From contig MU006089.1 in assembly GCA_010093705.1 (NCBI GenBank), positions 2,343,561-2,407,560 on the forward strand: DNA of 64,000 nucleotides, in the 5' to 3' direction. Origin of the DNA: Patellaria atrata CBS 101060 (lineage: Eukaryota). Below the pieces are notes generated by a model. That model saw only the letters and a program-made list of their open reading frames with translations, was not told where the DNA came from and ran no database searches. Below, piece after piece: positions 63,060-64,000 of this stretch. A program made the position numbers and the translations under genes. How positions within the stretch are numbered: the stretch's first letter is position 1; every line of letters begins with the position of its first letter.

Positions 63060-63534
63060 TAGGTCAGTACATACGGCATATTTATGAACCAGGCGAGGAA
63101 TGGATTCGATAGAGGCTATATGAGATAACAGAAGGTAGCGTTTCACGTAAAAGCACATAGTTCTCACCACGATTCAATTACCTTTGACTTGTGATACTTA
63201 TAAAACAGAAGAGGCCCTTACGAAATCCATGGGTATACGGTTGTATTTCATCTATAAAGATCATTTCCAAAGCCTTCTAACCTCTAAGCTTTCTTTATCT
63301 TCACTAGATCTAGATCATCTTCAGGTCCCACAGTTACGAAAAAAAGTCCAAGTTCCGATTCTATTGCTGGATCTCTTTCGAGCTCTACAATTCTCATTCT
63401 TATAAAGACGGTTAATATAGAGGTAATATATTATCCGTATATGATTATGCCAGTACTACAGATCTCATATCTTTGATCGGGTTCTGAAGACCACGGGATA
63501 TTATAGAGGGATGCCTGTGGATCCATTTATATCC

Positions 63535-63705
63535 TAATAGATAAGCCCACAGATGAGCCCACAGGTAAGCCCACAGGTAAGCCTATATATGAGCCTGAAT
63601 AGACTAGCTCAAACAGACGGGCTTGGACAGATTAGCTCAAATAGATGAGCTCAAACAGATAAACTCAAATAGATGAGCTTGAACAGAAGAGCAGACAGAC
63701 GAGCT
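63535..63705. repeat. Degenerate 12-14 bp tandem repeats (aagcccacaggt; gagctcaaacagat)
   Basis: Repeated agcccacag and gctcaaa(c/t)aga units. Confidence 0.7.
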
Positions 63706-63847
63706 TCTGGCTAATTGTGGCGAGATGGTGACCAATACAGTCGCTATCTATTGGACCTTATGAAAGCTACAGCGGTACACTATCCTTTCCCATGATCCGG
63801 AATTTTGGCCAGAGGTATTGAGCAAGAGATAAAAACTAATTACTCTC

Positions 63848-64000
63848 TCAGGCTGCTTTCGCAGGTGCCTTTGTGAAGAACGAACTCAATTTCTTCATCC
63901 CTGAAGTATCCACCCTCTTAAGATTCTTGATGGCTCTACTTTCCGTCTTTTTCTTCTTCTCCTCTTCCTCTAGTTTCCGTTTCTTCTCCGCTTGCTCTTC
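63848..64000 (-). CDS. RNH202: Ribonuclease H2 subunit B, C-terminal 50 aa (partial; gene continues beyond the window)
   Basis: EEQAEKKRKLEEEEKKKKTESRAIKNLKRVDTSGMKKLSSFFTKAPAKAA*, with the C-terminal PIP-box-like GMKKLSSFF characteristic of RNase H2B; not in the ORF track. Confidence 0.8.
   Translation of the reverse strand, partial: EEQAEKKRKLEEEEKKKKTESRAIKNLKRVDTSGMKKLSSFFTKAPAKAA

Overview
Gene-dense window of a filamentous ascomycete (Pezizomycotina-like) nuclear genome. Introns are short GT-AG introns with CTRAC-type branch points, and there is one 155-nt N gap. About 24 protein-coding genes could be built by hand-splicing. They include TYR1 divergent from RPS14, an RRM-like protein, a 6-Cys CFEM/GPI protein, NAPE-PLD, an MFS transporter, a peroxisomal AhpD-like protein, succinyl-CoA:3-ketoacid CoA transferase, TRS20, MRPL31, a PLC-like phosphodiesterase, GH17 btgC, a 2-hydroxyacid dehydrogenase, a secreted EEP protein, an ARO80-like Zn2Cys6 factor with a divergent SDR, a PTH11-like GPCR, a vacuolar subtilisin and the 3' end of RNase H2B. 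There are two tRNAs (Gly-TCC, intron-containing Met-CAT), a TA-flanked MITE and several degenerate tandem arrays. The most interesting signals are RNA-level. TYR1 intron 1 is unusually long and highly structured, with a second donor locked in a hairpin, nested splice signals and an Sm-like site. A stem sequesters the 3' splice site of RPS14 intron 2. A 420-nt stop-free in-frame intron looks like an exitron, and two intergenic regions look like multi-exon non-coding loci. All product names come from motif recognition only; no database search was run.
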